From positions 918,641-982,640 of the forward strand of contig NW_003314309.1 of assembly GCF_000143415.4 (NCBI RefSeq): 64,000 bases of DNA, written 5' to 3'. Below are positions 12,700 to 25,350 of the stretch, one piece after another. The stretch is from Selaginella moellendorffii (taxonomy: Eukaryota > Plantae > Lycopodiophyta). Position 1 is the first letter of the stretch. Each line of letters opens with the position of its first letter. A program made the translations under genes and the position numbers. The notes below the pieces were generated by a model that had not been told where the DNA came from, made no database searches, and saw only the letters and a list, made by a program, of their open reading frames with translations.

Positions 12700-13371
12700 C
12701 TACCATAGGCCTAGGTGTTCCAGAACTCCGTGGTCCGAGTCTTCCGTCATTTGGATAGGAGGCAGAGGAGGCAATGGAGGCAGCAGCATGGCCATGGCAG
12801 CAAAATCTTCGTCAAGCTGGAGAGACCAGGTTCGTCGTAGCGAGGAAGGGGACGACTCCGAAAAGAGTAGAGGTGTGACAGGGGCTTCTTCTTCTTGGGC
12901 TTGCTTGGAGGAAGAAGCTAGAGGAACGGGCTTGCCAGTCACAGAAGCAGGACAGGAAAAGGTCCTCGGGGCCGCTTTCTTTTTTGCGGCGGCGGCAGCA
13001 GCAGCTTGGATATCTTTAGAGGAAGTGAGCTTCTTACCAGGGGAGATCACCGGTGGCGAGTCTGGGAAATTGAGCATCGCAGAGGGGCCTCTCAAGCAGA
13101 AGACAGCGTAGTCGTAGGCCTTGGCGGCCATCTCCGGTGTGGCAAAGGAACCAAGCCATATCCTGGAGCGCTTGCGGGGCTCTCGTATCTCCGACACCCA
13201 CTTCCCCCAGCTCCGGCGGCGAACTCCCTTGTAGCTGGGACTCGAGTCACACTCCTCCGGCGAAGTGGGAGGATACTCGTCGGAGCTCTCGACGACGCGG
13301 CGCTTGCTCCTCCTGCGATCCCAGATGGTGGTGTGCTGCTGCTCCTCCACCACTCCAATGCTCTCTCCCAT
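12700..13371 (-). CDS. AP2/ERF transcription factor, DREB subfamily (A-4/A-5, TINY-like)
   Basis: [41 protein letters not shown]...LNFP, then [10 protein letters not shown] and a C-terminal LW; intronless. Confidence 0.92.
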   Translation of the reverse strand: MGESIGVVEEQQHTTIWDRRRSKRRVVESSDEYPPTSPEECDSSPSYKGVRRRSWGKWVSEIREPRKRSRIWLGSFATPEMAAKAYDYAVFCLRGPSAMLNFPDSPPVISPGKKLTSSKDIQAAAAAAAKKKAAPRTFSCPASVTGKPVPLASSSKQAQEEEAPVTPLLFSESSPSSLRRTWSLQLDEDFAAMAMLLPPLPPLPPIQMTEDSDHGVLEHLGLW

Positions 13372-14139
13372 GCAGCGATCGGCACTGGCAGCGGCAGCAG
13401 CGGCGGCGATCCTAGGCCGAGAATTGAGAACTTGAGGTATCCCAGAAGCCTTTGACTCTTTTCTCCGTTCTTCCGGATTCTCGCCTTGTGGCAGGACACC
13501 AGATGGTTTTTATAGGCACGCGGGGGACAACTGGATTTGGAGCACGTTGTGGTTTTCATCTGGAACAGCATCATCCAGCTCTTCAAAAAGCGTTGAAGCG
13601 CGTACGGGGGTTCTTCCGTGTGATTTCGGCGGATGCTGCTTACTGGTGGGGCTCTCATCCCAGATTTGAGTCTTTACTGGGAGTGCAGTCCTCCTCACTT
13701 ACAACTTTGCGGTTACTCTGCAGAGACACGTTTTGGCTCTTGGAATGTGAAGACGACTCTTGGAGAGAGACGAGTGTCAAGTTCCAATTCTTGTTTTCTT
13801 CTTTCTCCGTGGTAAAACGATTCTTTTGCTGTATGGTCAATGAATGATGCACAACTCGTGTGAACAACAGCGAGGGGTCAAACTATCTTCTGAGCACCTT
13901 CTTGGCACCTTCCCCTCCTTTCTTCTCGAAGTCCCCAGTCATAGATTTTATTCTAAAGGAGTGCGTTATTTTTATTATGGAAGTAAATCAACTGTGCTTT
14001 TATCTTTAAAAATGGCAATCTCGTTAAGGAAAGTATACAAGCTCTCAACTCAAAACTGTTTGGACTGTCGGGTTATGTGCGTTCCAAAGCTCCTTTTGGT
14101 GCTAGGCAAAAAAAAGCCGTTTTCCAGCTTGCAGCTTAC

Positions 14140-14988
14140 CAGCAGTCGAGCAGTAGCGATGGATTCATCCCCGTGATTGTCACCACATCCTGCGTGCTCA
14201 AGGTCCTCCACTTTCTTGAGACAAGCACCCTTCCAGTAACTCGGAGTGGGTTCTAAGCTGCGGTGTTGGGCTAGTGGGATTCATCCATTTTCTTCTTCGT
14301 GGTTCCAAGCGAGATCATCGACTTCCGGCTGGAGCCTGGAACAGGCCGTGGCTAAAGTAGTTAGATCGATCAGCTCCTTCTTCTCGGATCGTTCACGGCA
14401 ATCCGGCTAGCTATAGCTTTCGGAGCGGCATGGCTCACGGGACTCTTCTTCGGACCGGTACCTGAAATCATTCTGGATTGGAACAAACCAGCCTGCCCGG
14501 TAGTCTCACCATGGCAGCACCGGGTGGCAATGGCAACGAAGAAGTCTGTTTGAAGGCAAAGACTGGGCTGGAAGCGTAGGATTCTCTCCAGAGACCTTCC
14601 AGGATCTAAAGTTCGTCGGGATGATCTTAACAGGAGTGATCCAGCTGCTGCTGCTCCGGATCAACGTCCAAGCGTATCTCAACTTGGGAGTGCTCGCGTG
14701 GTACGAAAGCTTGCACGGTAGCAAGACCCCGGACGCCGCCGCGCTCAAGCACAAGATCTTGGTGGTAAACCACTTCATGTGCCGGGTAGCGATCCAGAAC
14801 TTGGTCCCGGCAGTGCTGCTCATCCTCTTCGCGGGCCTCTCTCGATCGCCATCGCCATCTTCAAACGCTCCAGGAGGAATTGGATTTGTGGCACAAACAG
14901 CGCAATTCTTCGCATGGTGGACGCTCCTCTCGTGGTCTTTGCTCACGCCCACAGGGCTAGCGACTACTAGCGTTCAACTCCCTTCTCC
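14140..14988 (+). pseudogene. TMEM161-like fragment, inverted relative to its tandem twin
   Basis: Near-identical to parts of 47740-48690; ORF 14621-15124 repeats MILTGVIQLLLLRINVQAYLNLG...FFAWWTLLSWSLLT; internal deletions. Confidence 0.88.
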
Positions 14989-14989
14989 G

Positions 14990-15385
14990 CATTCTCGAAT
15001 CCAAAAGATTGGAAGGAGAAAAACTCACACCGGGACGGCATGGCTCACCGAGTTCTCATGGCCCACGGCCGCTCACCGAGTTCCTGGAAGAGTGCTTCCC
15101 AAGAAAGAATGTGGAGAAGCTTGAGCACGCCCAGGGATGAATTCGTCACTACTGCTGCTGCTGCTGCTCGAGTCCCCATTTTCGGATCCAGAAGATTGGA
15201 AGGAGAAAAGCTCTCTAGCAACGAGCAGCGACACTGGCAGCGCGGTATACAACTCATACTCTGAATAGGACACTGCCCGCCCTCTAACCTGGATTCCGGT
15301 CCGGGAGCAAAGTAGGCGTGCGATCCGAAGAGGCTGATCGCCGCGATCTTGCCCGCAAGCACCAAGAACACCGTGATCGCCGCAT
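14990..15385 (-). pseudogene. TMEM161-like 5' fragment
   Basis: FLVLAGKIAAISLFGSHAY and YTALPVSLLVARELFSFQSSGSENG match the N-terminus of 47348-48730. Confidence 0.85.
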
Positions 15386-16635
15386 CTCGATCGAGAGAGA
15401 AATATTATTCGTCAGGTAAAAAGAATTCATCCAAACATGAAATGAGTCCTTTTCCTCCACACCAGAGTTTATCGAATATGCTTACTTTAATACCTTCTTT
15501 ATTGCTGCCGGTTGTTTCTGTTCTTGGAGCTTTTGTGCCTTCTGGATCTGAAATGTCGCTGCAATGTTGTTTTCTGCGTGGCTGCAGTTTGATATGGCTC
15601 CCTGTTTCCTTTTGCTGAAAGTCTGCGTGTTTCCCTTCAAGTTTCTACTTTGGTATGGCTGTGTTTGTTTGGCTTTACTCTGTCTAGGCACTGCCATTGA
15701 CAAAGCTTTTTTTCTGTTGCAGCTCCTATGCGTGTTGCAGCTCCCCCGCTTCCAGGTAGGCATGGTTTGCGTTCTTTGTGTGTGTGTTTGCTTTGTCTGA
15801 GTTTGTGGTCGTTGCTTTTTTCTCGATAAGGCTAGCTCATCAATGGCTTGATGCGGTGTATTTGTGTTCTATTCGATTTGTTAGTTTGGGTTTTTAATCC
15901 TTGTGTGACGCAGGATCTGAAGCCGGACCTGAAGCCCGTGAGTTTTGAGTCCCCTTTCATATTGCATTATCTCTTAGCTTTTCACTGCAGGATTACGTAT
16001 ACTTGGTAGTTTTCGGGATGAGATTCTTGAATCTCTGATAGCTCTGCCGGATCTAACTGCATTGCGGGACTTCTATTTTCAGCCTTTCCCAGAGTGAGGT
16101 TCCCTCTTGCTGAGAATGTTTACCACTGGCTCCCCTTGAACCGGACGTGATGAACGACTTCGGTACTCTTCTTAGCAGTTTTGCCTACGACATCCTCAAC
16201 AACGTTCTCGCCCAAGGCAGAGAGAAAACCTTCCATTACATCTACGATGCACTCATCGCAGAACCAGTGCGTTTTTTCTAAGTTCACACGAGGAACACTA
16301 CCTCAGAGAGCTTCTGGAGAGCGTTGAAGCCAGACAGTGTCTTCGCATTTGGCCATGGCTACGTCTTATTCAAGGGCGAGGAAGAAGGGGAAGAAACAGA
16401 GGGAAATCCTGCAGAGGAACTGGTGAACAAGGATGGGTGGCCTTATGGGGATTCCATTCCCTACATCCCTGCGTACTATGCCAGAGCATTTGTGGTTACT
16501 TTCTGTGCCCTCTACCAGGAGAATGGAGTGACATACCGGCTAACATTGGATATAAGGACTGCAGAGGGTCGTCTGGGAGTTTTTATGGCTTTTTTGAAGG
16601 TCGCACAGCTTGTCCACAAGCTAGAAGCAATCTAG
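15385..16635 (+). pseudogene. CRN-like gene copy 1, 3'-truncated (nuclease-fold part only)
   Basis: KPDSVFAFGHGYVLFKGEEEG...NPAEELVNKDGWPYGDSIPYIPAYYARAFVVTFCAL; duplicate of 19230-20535, cut at the tandem junction. Confidence 0.7.
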
Positions 16636-16974
16636 CTTGCGGTTACCTTGCAGAGACACGTTTTGGCTCTTGGAATGTGAAGACGACTCTTTGAGAGAGA
16701 CGAGTGTCAAGTTTCAATTCTTGTTTTCTTCTGTCTCCGTGGTAAAACGATTCTTTTGCTGTATGGTCAATGAATGATGCACAACTCGTGTGAACAACAG
16801 TGAGGGGTCAAATTATCTTCTGAGCACCTTCTTAGCACCTTCCCCTCCTTTCTTCAAGTCCCCTATCATAGATTTTAATAATCTAAAGGAGTGCGTTATT
16901 TTTATTATGGTAGTAAATCAACTGTGCTTTTATCTTTAAAAATGGCAATCTCGTTAAGGAAAGTATACAAAAGA

Positions 16975-19232
16975 GGTGCGTTACAAATCTCCTTTTGGTG
17001 CTAGGCAAAAAAAGCCGTTTTCCAGCTTGCAGCTTACCGGAAATTGGTGGAGAAGGGAGTTGAACGCTAGTAGTCGCTAGCCCTGTGGGCGTGAGCAAAG
17101 ACCACGAGAGGAGCGTCCACCATGCGAAGAATTTGCGCTGTTTCTGCCACAAATCCAATTCCTCTTAGAGAGTTTGAAAATGGCAATGGCGATTGAGAGA
17201 GACCTGCGAAGAGGATCAGTAGCACTGCCAGGACTAAGTTGTTCAATTCAAGAAAAAGTTTATAAAAGAGCACAGCAATGATTACTTAAATCAATAGATT
17301 AATCCCTGGATTGCTACCTGGCACATGAAGTGGTTTACCACCAAGATCTTGTGCTTGAGCGTGGCGGCGTCCAGGGTCTTGCTACCGTGCAAGCTTTGAG
17401 CACTCCCAAGTTGAGATACGCTTGGACGTTGATCCGGAGCAGCAGCAGCTGGATCACTCCTGTTAAGATCATCCCGACGAACTTGAGATCCTGGAAGGTC
17501 TCTGGAGAGAATCCTACGCTTCCAGCCCAGTCTTTGCCTTCAAACAGACTTCTTCGTTGCCATTGCCACCCGGTGCTGCCATGGTCGATGGAGTTCTTCT
17601 CGGGCAACCGGATGAGGAGATCGGCCATGGGTTTCAACCAAAGTAGCGTTGAGACTACCGGGAGGACAATACCGAGGTTGAGGAGAAACTGGCTCCAAAC
17701 GCTGGTTTTGATGACCGAGATATCGCATCCAAGCTGGTTTGTTCCAATCCAGAATGATTTCATGTACCGGTCCGAAGACCCGTGAGCCATGCCGCTCCGA
17801 AAGCTATAGCTAGCCGGATTGCCGTGAATGATCCGAGAAGAAGGATCTACTTTACCTAGTTTTGTTTTTTTTTCACTTTTTTGTAGCCACGGCCATGGTT
17901 GGTCCCGACCGTTCCGAACGCCGACCGCCCGACCGCCCGACCGTGGTTATCGACCGGCTGTGAAAATGCCGAACGGCCGAACGGTTTACAAAATTTTTTT
18001 GATAAAAAAAAAAACATTTTTAGTAAAACCACATTAATAAAAATAGAAAAAACCAAACCAAACCAAACCATACATTTTACCATAATAATTACATTTCCAA
18101 TGCCTAGCTCCTTTGCCGGAAGCATAACAAGTGATCTTGGTAACATAGGACCATGCCCAATCAGGCACCATCACTCAATTGTGCCAGAATTGCTATGAAT
18201 CTCTAAAATCAAATCTCTGAACTCAATTGTGCCAGAATTGCTACGAATCTCTAGAATCAAATCTCTGAAATCACTGGAATTTCCATTTTAGGGCAAAAAT
18301 TTCAAGCGTTGCGGACTGGGCGATTTGATTTGCGAGGCAGCGAGCTGCTCTGCTCCACACTCAATCGAAAGCAGAGGCAGTGGTGATGGCGATAGCCGCT
18401 GCAGCATCAGAAATCTAGCGCGATCACAATTTTTTTTTTGCCGAACGGAATACCGAACGGAGCTGTCCGACCGCGTTCGGCCGACCGCGTTCGGCGGCGG
18501 TCGGGATTTCGGCCGAACGCGTTCGGGACCAACCATGGCCACGGCCTGTTCCAGCCGGAAGTCGATGATCTCGCTTGGAACCACAAAGAAGAAAATGGAT
18601 GAATCCCACTAGCCCAACACCGCAGCTTAGAACCCACTCGGAGTTACTGGAAGAGTGCTTGTCACAAGAAAGTGGAGGAGCTTGAGCACGCAGAATGTGG
18701 TGACGATCACGGGGGTGAATCCATCGCTACTGCTACTACTGCTGCTACTGCTGCTACTGCTCGCATTCTCGAAGCCAAAAGGTTGGAAGGAAAAAAACTC
18801 TCGAGCATTCACACCGGGACGGCATGGCTCACCGAGTTCTCCTGGCCCACGGCCGCTCACCGAGTTCCTGGAAGAGTGCTTGTCCCAAGAAAGAATGTGG
18901 AGAAGCTTGAGCACGCCCGGGGATGAATCCGTCGCTACTGCTGCTGCTACTGCTCGAGTCCCCATTTTCGGATCCAGAAGATTGGAAGGAGAAAAACTCT
19001 CTAGCAACGAGCAGCGACACTGGCAGCGCGGTATACAACTCATACTCTGAATACTACCTGGTGTTCTTCGCCGATGGTGACCTCAGGATCTCCCTCGTTC
19101 CACACGAAGTTGTCCCTGGACACTGCCCGCCCTATAACCTGGATTCCGGTCCGGGAGCAAAGTAGGCGTGCGATCCGAAGAGGCTGATCGCCGCGATCTT
19201 GCCCGCAAGCACCAAGAACACCGTGATCGCCG
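16975..19232 (-). pseudogene. TMEM161-like pseudogene including 3' flank, interrupted by a MITE and with an internally duplicated segment
   Basis: Reverse-complement similarity to 47380-48870; ORF 17335-17790 contains SFWIGTNQLGCDISV...GWQWQRRSLFEGKDWAG; deletions and frameshifts. Confidence 0.88.
17894..18537. mobile_element. Non-autonomous hAT-type DNA transposon (MITE), 644 bp
   Basis: 15-bp TIRs CATGGTTGGTCCCGA / TCGGGACCAACCATG; 8-bp TSD GCCACGGC at 17886-17893 and 18538-18545; subterminal CCGA(C/A)CG arrays; internal 2x48-bp tandem repeat at 18173-18268; empty site at 14345-14352. Confidence 0.9.
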
Positions 19233-21150
19233 CATCTCGATCGAGAGAGAAATATTATTCATCAGGTAAAAGAGTTTCTCGAATATGCTTACTTTAATAC
19301 CTTTTTTATTGGTCGGGATACAGTTCTTGGAGGTTGTTATATCTACAAAGTTACAGGTACTTACTTCTAATTCTTCTGTTCTTGGAGCTTTTGTGCTTTC
19401 TGGATCTGAAATGCCGCTGCAATGTTGTTTTCTGCGTGGCTGCAGTTTGATATGGCTCCCTGTTTCCTTTTGCTGAAAGTCTGCGTGTTTTCCTTCGAGT
19501 GGCTGTGTTTGTTTGGCTTTACTCTGTCTAGGCACTGCCATTGACAAAGCTTTTTTTCTGTTGCAGCTCCTATGCGTGTTGCAGCTCCCCCGCTTCCAGG
19601 TAGGCATGGTTTGCGTTCTTTGTGTGTGTGTTTGCTTTGTTCTCTGAGTTTGTGGTCGTTGATTTTTTCTCGATAAGGCTAGCTCATCAATGGCTTGATG
19701 CGGTGTATTTGTGTTCTATTCGATTTGCTAGTTTGGGTTTTTTCCCCTTGCTGAAAAGTTCTTGTGTGACGCAGGATCTGAAGCCGGACCTGAAGCCCGT
19801 GAGTTTTGAGTCCCCTTTCATATTGCATTATCCCTTAACTTTTCACTGCAGGATTACGTATACTTGGTACTAACTGGTAGTATTCCGGATGAGATTCTTG
19901 AATCTCTGATAGCTCTGCCGGATCTAACTGCATTGCGGGACTTCTATTTCCAGCCTTTCCCAGAGCACTTGAGGCTCCCTCTTGCTGAGAATGTTTACAA
20001 CTGGCTGCCCTTGAACAGGTCCCAGATATTTAAGCCGGACGTGAACGACTTCAGTACTCTTCTTAGCAGTTTTGCCTACGACATCCTCAACAACGTTCTC
20101 GCCCAAGGCAGAGAGGAAACCTTCCATTACACCTACGCTGCACTCATCGCAGAATCAGTGCGTTTTTTCTACGGAAAGAAATTAGTTCACACGAGGAACA
20201 GTACCTCAGAGAGCTTCTGGAGAGCGTTGAGGCCAGACAGTGTCCTCGCATTTGGCCATGGCTACGTCTTATTGAAGGGCGAGGAAGAAGGGGAAGAAAC
20301 AGAGGAAATCCTGCAGAGGAACTGGTGGACAAGGATGATGGGGATTCCATTCCCTACGTCCCTGCGCACTATGCCAGAGCGTTTGTGGTTACTTTCTGTG
20401 TCCTCTACCAGGAGAATGGAGTGACACACCGGCTGGATCTACAAACGTTGGATATAAGGACTGCAGAGGGTCGTTTGGGAGTTTTTATGGCTTTTTTTAA
20501 GGTCTCACAGCTTGTCCACAAGCTAGAAGCAATCTGTCAAAGTTCTAGTGTGCCACCTATAAAGAGGATGGAGTCTAGATGGAGTGGGAAAACCTTAAGA
20601 GTTCTACTGCAACAAAGTGGTGAATACGTACCAGACTGACATCAAGGCAACGAGGGCATGTGGTATGTACGCTTTGATCAACGAATGTCCGTTTGTTGAG
20701 AAGGCTTTACGCGTGAACCAGGAAAAGCGCCACATTCTCTTCCAACGTGGGCAGAGTGTGATGCCCCGTTCAAGGAAAGAGTTACTTGACTGCCTCGCTT
20801 GTATTCTACAGGCTCTGGTCTGCCTCCATAGCAGGAACATCATGTACAGGGACCTGAGGTTGCCAAATATTGTCAAGATGAGTGATGGAATTTGGTGGAT
20901 AGTGGAGTTTGACGACGCGGCAATGAGTCCCAGTGATGGAGCTGATTACTTGGAGCTTTCGGTGCCTAAGATATGCGGAAAGCACGACTGCAAGGTTGAT
21001 ATTTGGGGGGTGGGAAGCCTCATCGCATATTATCCTACCTCGACTATGGGTTTGTCCGCCTTCAAAAACTCTTGTCTGAGCAAGGATCCAGGCCCACAGC
21101 TTCAGAATGTTTGACGCTCATCAACCGTTTGAGGGAAGAACAAGGTGACC
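19232..21150 (+). pseudogene. CRN-like gene copy 2: PD-(D/E)xK-like nuclease fold plus protein kinase, frameshifted
   Basis: HTRNSTS...LRPDSVLAFGHGYVLLKGEEEG...PYVPAHYARAFVVTFCVL, then kinase ILQALVCLHSRNIMYRDLRLPNIV...WWIVEFDDAA...KVDIWGVG; split over three frames. Confidence 0.72.
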
Positions 21151-21849
21151 TGTAGCAAAGGTGTTTTATGATCACTTGGTTTGCAGTTGACAGCACTTAT
21201 AAGTTCACAGTATTGATCAAACTCGACGTGCAAGTGAGCAGCACGGGCTTCCTGATCTTGGTCTATAGTGCTGCTCTTGACCAGGAGATTCATATGCGTT
21301 GATTTTGGCTGTGGCTTGCTGTTTGCCAGTAAGTGGACAACCATGCTTTGCAATCTGAGGTATTGCCAGGCTTGGCTCTTCTGTTGTAGACCTTGGTAGT
21401 ACCTTAGCCGCAAGCAGAAATCTAGTGATATTGTCCATGTGCCATCAGCATATGGGAAGCATGAAAAGCCAGATGGGAACAATGGCACTTGGTTATATGG
21501 CACAAGTGCAAGTGCAATTGTTCGCCATCTGGCTTGATAGGCTTGCCAGTGTATCAACCAGGAGGGAGATACAGGCAAAATCTCAAACTATCGGTGAAGG
21601 CTTCTGGAGTTTCTACAGATGATACCAGGTCTATGGCAGGCTGATATGTGACTACAGCATGCATTACGAAACAATCTATAAAGGTTATGCCGCAGACCAG
21701 GGCATGGAATCCATTATGTACTGGGATACGTGGATGTACTACCTTATAACCCTTTGGACCGCGCACCAGTACGGTTGGCGCCCGCAACACTTCTAGGCGC
21801 AACCGTCCATTTTACTGTGTTCTACAGGGATGGATAATCCAGAAAGCTT

Positions 21850-23785
21850 TATTCAGTCATGCAGGGGAAGAGAAATTGGTAGTCAACCAAGTTGTTGTTG
21901 AGGTATATGCTCTCTATGACATGATCTTAGGTGGCAGGAGTGCCACTTCACTAATCCAAGTGTAGGCTAAAGGCATGTCTCTTCATCATGTATATATAGC
22001 TATAATGTTATATACGGTTATCTTTCCAGTCATCCTTGTCCATTGTGAGCTATTCCACCATGGAGCCTCTCACTAGCAACACCTAGCCGACGTGCAAAGT
22101 CCATTTTCAGGAAGAATTGACAAAAGAGCTTGTTTAACTTGGCTATGCTACAAAAGGAATTAGTGTGATGGCTTTGGGGCTGGAAAAATGGCCGTGAGCT
22201 TGTCAACGCTGATCTTGTTATTTAGTATGAGATAACCTACACAAAATATGTGATCTGGGAGCTAATTAATGCCAAATTTGGACACTGGCACTACATTATC
22301 TAATTGAAGGTACAAATTACAAAGAGAACCACCTTTGTAACTCTCTTGGTACAATCAACCAGGGAAGAACAACAGGACACATGGCAATCAATTTGTAGTA
22401 CCATGCTTTAACATACGATTCAATATATGACAAAGAGGCATACATATGGTTAACATCTGTCCACATCATAAAAACAATTGTTACTACATTTTGATTGCCC
22501 TACATGATTTGAAGTGTATGGTTATGGCATGGGGTCCTACCACATCAGACACATATTTCACCAAAATTTTCCACATGAATAACTATGCACTAATTTGAAA
22601 AAAAAATGGTTGGCTTCTTTGACATTTTGGGGAACAACTTCTACTTGTACAGCACATCCAAAACCATTGCAAATGGTGAAGACCATAAAGAGAAGAATGT
22701 CCTCTTCGTTAAGTGTAAATTAAAATGTTATTTGAACAAACTTGTTGATATAACCTAAGTTCATTAAATGTATTAAATTTGTAAGAGCATTAATTAGCCC
22801 AAATGTTGGAACATCTTTCACATTCACCATAATTTGGTAGTATCCACTCCTCAAGTCACTCTTGTTGAAGTATTTAGCATAAAAACTATGAGCAGCTTGT
22901 GACACATTGTTCAAAACACAATAGTCAATATATGTATCATATCATCCTTCTTCTTCACAAGAAGCAATAGGGCACTGTATTCTTTAGCCATCCTTACCTG
23001 CTTCTGCACTTTGACTTCCTTTAAGGTACTCAACCCATGCTTAGTCCCCAGCTTGATCTTGTAAAAAATCTCTTGAGAAGAACTCTCTTTGGAAAAACTT
23101 CTCCAACAAAACTTCTTGACCTAAGTTGTTGACAAGTCAACTCCTATCTAGTGTTCACCTCTTCAAAGAATTTCCCACGCAAAATAACACTAGCTACCTA
23201 AGGATTGAACTTTTCCACCTAAGTCATTCTCAAAATGACCCTCAAGTTTAACCCCTTCAACATCCATTACATCCCCATTCAAAACAGCTCCCTCAATGTG
23301 ATAAGGGGTCTTGCAGTGAGGAATGCATAATTGCCCTACCAAATCCTTTGAAATGAATTCATCAGTACTTCCAAGATCAAGAAGCACTTTTGTGTGCCTA
23401 TCACCCCAGCAAATTGGATCACATTTCCAATCTTGCCATTATCAAAGTTTCCTTCGCAATAGTAACTTTTTTGTGGGAATCTCAGTGTTTGATGTTTCCA
23501 TGGAACGAACACCCTTGGATATCACCACAGCCAGAACATCCCCTTGTCCCTTTTGGTGCTTATCTTGATCCCATGTCTCCTTTTTCACATAGGACTTGTA
23601 TCCTTTGTGGCTATCATGACTGTCCCTGACTTTAAGGTAGGCTTTCCATCCTTCCTCAGCTTGTTTGCCATGAAGTTTTGAACAAGCTCGCGACAATCTG
23701 TTCTGCCTTAGTCAACCAACTCCGCAGACACATCTTTACTGAACGGTTCAAAGATTCACTCGCTCAAAATTCTTAAGCTTAGCCT
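21850..23785 (-). mobile_element. Degenerate Ty3/gypsy LTR-retrotransposon gag-pol relic
   Basis: Protease-like LLDLGSTDEFIS at about 23385 and RT-like YFNKSDLRSGYYQI...FGLINALTNLIHLMN at about 22875-22760; many stops; boundaries approximate; no LTRs recognised. Confidence 0.75.
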
Positions 23786-25009
23786 CAACTGGAATCAAGT
23801 GTTGTCCAAAGCTCTTGGAAGGCATAGATGAACTGGAGAGACAGAGGGGTGAAGGCGGGGGCAGTGCCTACTGGCGTTGCTGAGGCAGTGCGGCAAGCGA
23901 ATCCACGCTTATCTGGGACAGATATTTCGACAATCTTCTGGTAGGGATGTACGGCAAATGTGGCAACGTCGAAGATGCGAGAGCAGTGCTCGAGAGCATG
24001 CAAGCCAGGACGTCTACTCGTGGACGATGATGATCGCTGCATATACCCGCTCCAGCTTGGGCGATCTTTCCACTGGGAGAAAACTCCATGACCGAGTCCG
24101 TGGCTTCCTGGATTCCGACGTTGTTCTGTGCACTGCCGTGCTCAACATGTACGGGAAGTGTGGGAGGGCCAAGTCGTTGTTTGAGAGGATGACGAACAGG
24201 GACGTGGTGGCCTGGAACGCGCTGTGGAACTCGATGATCGCGGCTCGGAACTGGCAAGGAGAGAAGTCCTTGGAACTTTTCGAGAGGATGGAGGAAACAA
24301 ACAACGCGAGGCCGAACGCGATCACTTTCGCACACGTCCTGTGCGCTTGCAGCCATGCAAGGCTGATCGATAGGGGCCGTAGCTACTTCGGATCCATTTG
24401 GGATCCAGCAGAGTTCTGAGCACTACAGATGCATGATAGATCTCCTCGGCCGCAGCGGGAACCTTGACCAGACCTGGAACGTTCTCCACTCGATGCCTTT
24501 GAAGCCGGACTCGCTGACCTGGACAACTAGAGCTCATTCTGATGTGGAGCTCGGCGAGCTTTGTGCTGACAGGCTCTTCGAGATGGAACCGGAGTACTCA
24601 GCCCCTTACGTGCTGCTCTCCAGCATCTACGCTGCCAGAGACCGCTGGGACGACGCTGCGAGGAGAAACTCATGGTGGACAGGGGCGTGAAGAAGCCGAG
24701 TGGCAGAAGCAGCATTGATGTTGGCGATAAGGTTCACGAGTTCGTGGCGGGGGACAGAGCTATTCTCGGCGGGAGGAGATTTACCAGGAGCTATTGAGGC
24801 TGGGATTGCGGATGAGAGATCTGGGATACGTTCAGCTCCGGGTTGCGAGATGGCAAGGGGGAGAAGGAGCAGATGCTATGGAGAAGCTGGCCATCGCATT
24901 TGGCAGCATCGAGACCCCAGCCGGGAAGAGCTTCTACGTGATAAAAAACTTGCGGGTGTGTAACCGCTTCCATCACTTTAGAGACGGGTTGTGTGGAGAC
25001 TACTGGTGA
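23786..25009 (+). pseudogene. PPR-DYW pseudogene, a deletion-riddled copy of 43159-44976
   Basis: Colinear with the intact gene from just after its ATG to [12 protein letters not shown]; multiple deletions and frameshifts; DYW zinc motifs disrupted. Confidence 0.9.
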
Positions 25010-25350
25010 CTCGAAAGTGTGTTTTCCACCATATACAATACGTCCTAGAAGTTAAAGTTATATACGTTTAATATGTACGTACAAAGTATACGATAAGAAG
25101 TGCATGAGAAGAAGTATATGGAAACATATAAGGGACTGTTAACACGGCATTGGAATTTATCAATTCGTGCTTCGTTACACGTTCTTTGGAGGGGAAAGAT
25201 TCCGGTCAAAGGTGGCGCGACAGGTAGCTAAGCCCACAAGCATTGACCGGGTCAACATCCAGGGACTCTGTCTCTCTCCCCAGAGAGGCTTTAAATTCAG
25301 TCAAGGAAGTTCTGTGGATAGAGATCGCTTGGAAGTTTTTGGGGAAGATC

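Larger units (their letters stand above)
13705..16635. repeat. Tandem duplication unit 1: spacer, TMEM161 fragments, 5' part of CRN-like gene
   Basis: 13705-14140 matches 16637-17040 (ttgcggttac...agagacacgttttggctcttggaatg) and 14990-16635 matches 18765-20535. Confidence 0.85.

Noticed and set aside
17905-18530. Short repeated CCGACCG units as a CRISPR-like array
   Set aside because: Eukaryotic context, no regular spacers; explained as hAT subterminal repeats
21160-21850. Coding-like stretch between CRN copy 2 and the gypsy relic
   Set aside because: Only short stop-interrupted frames with no identifiable motif; cannot assign
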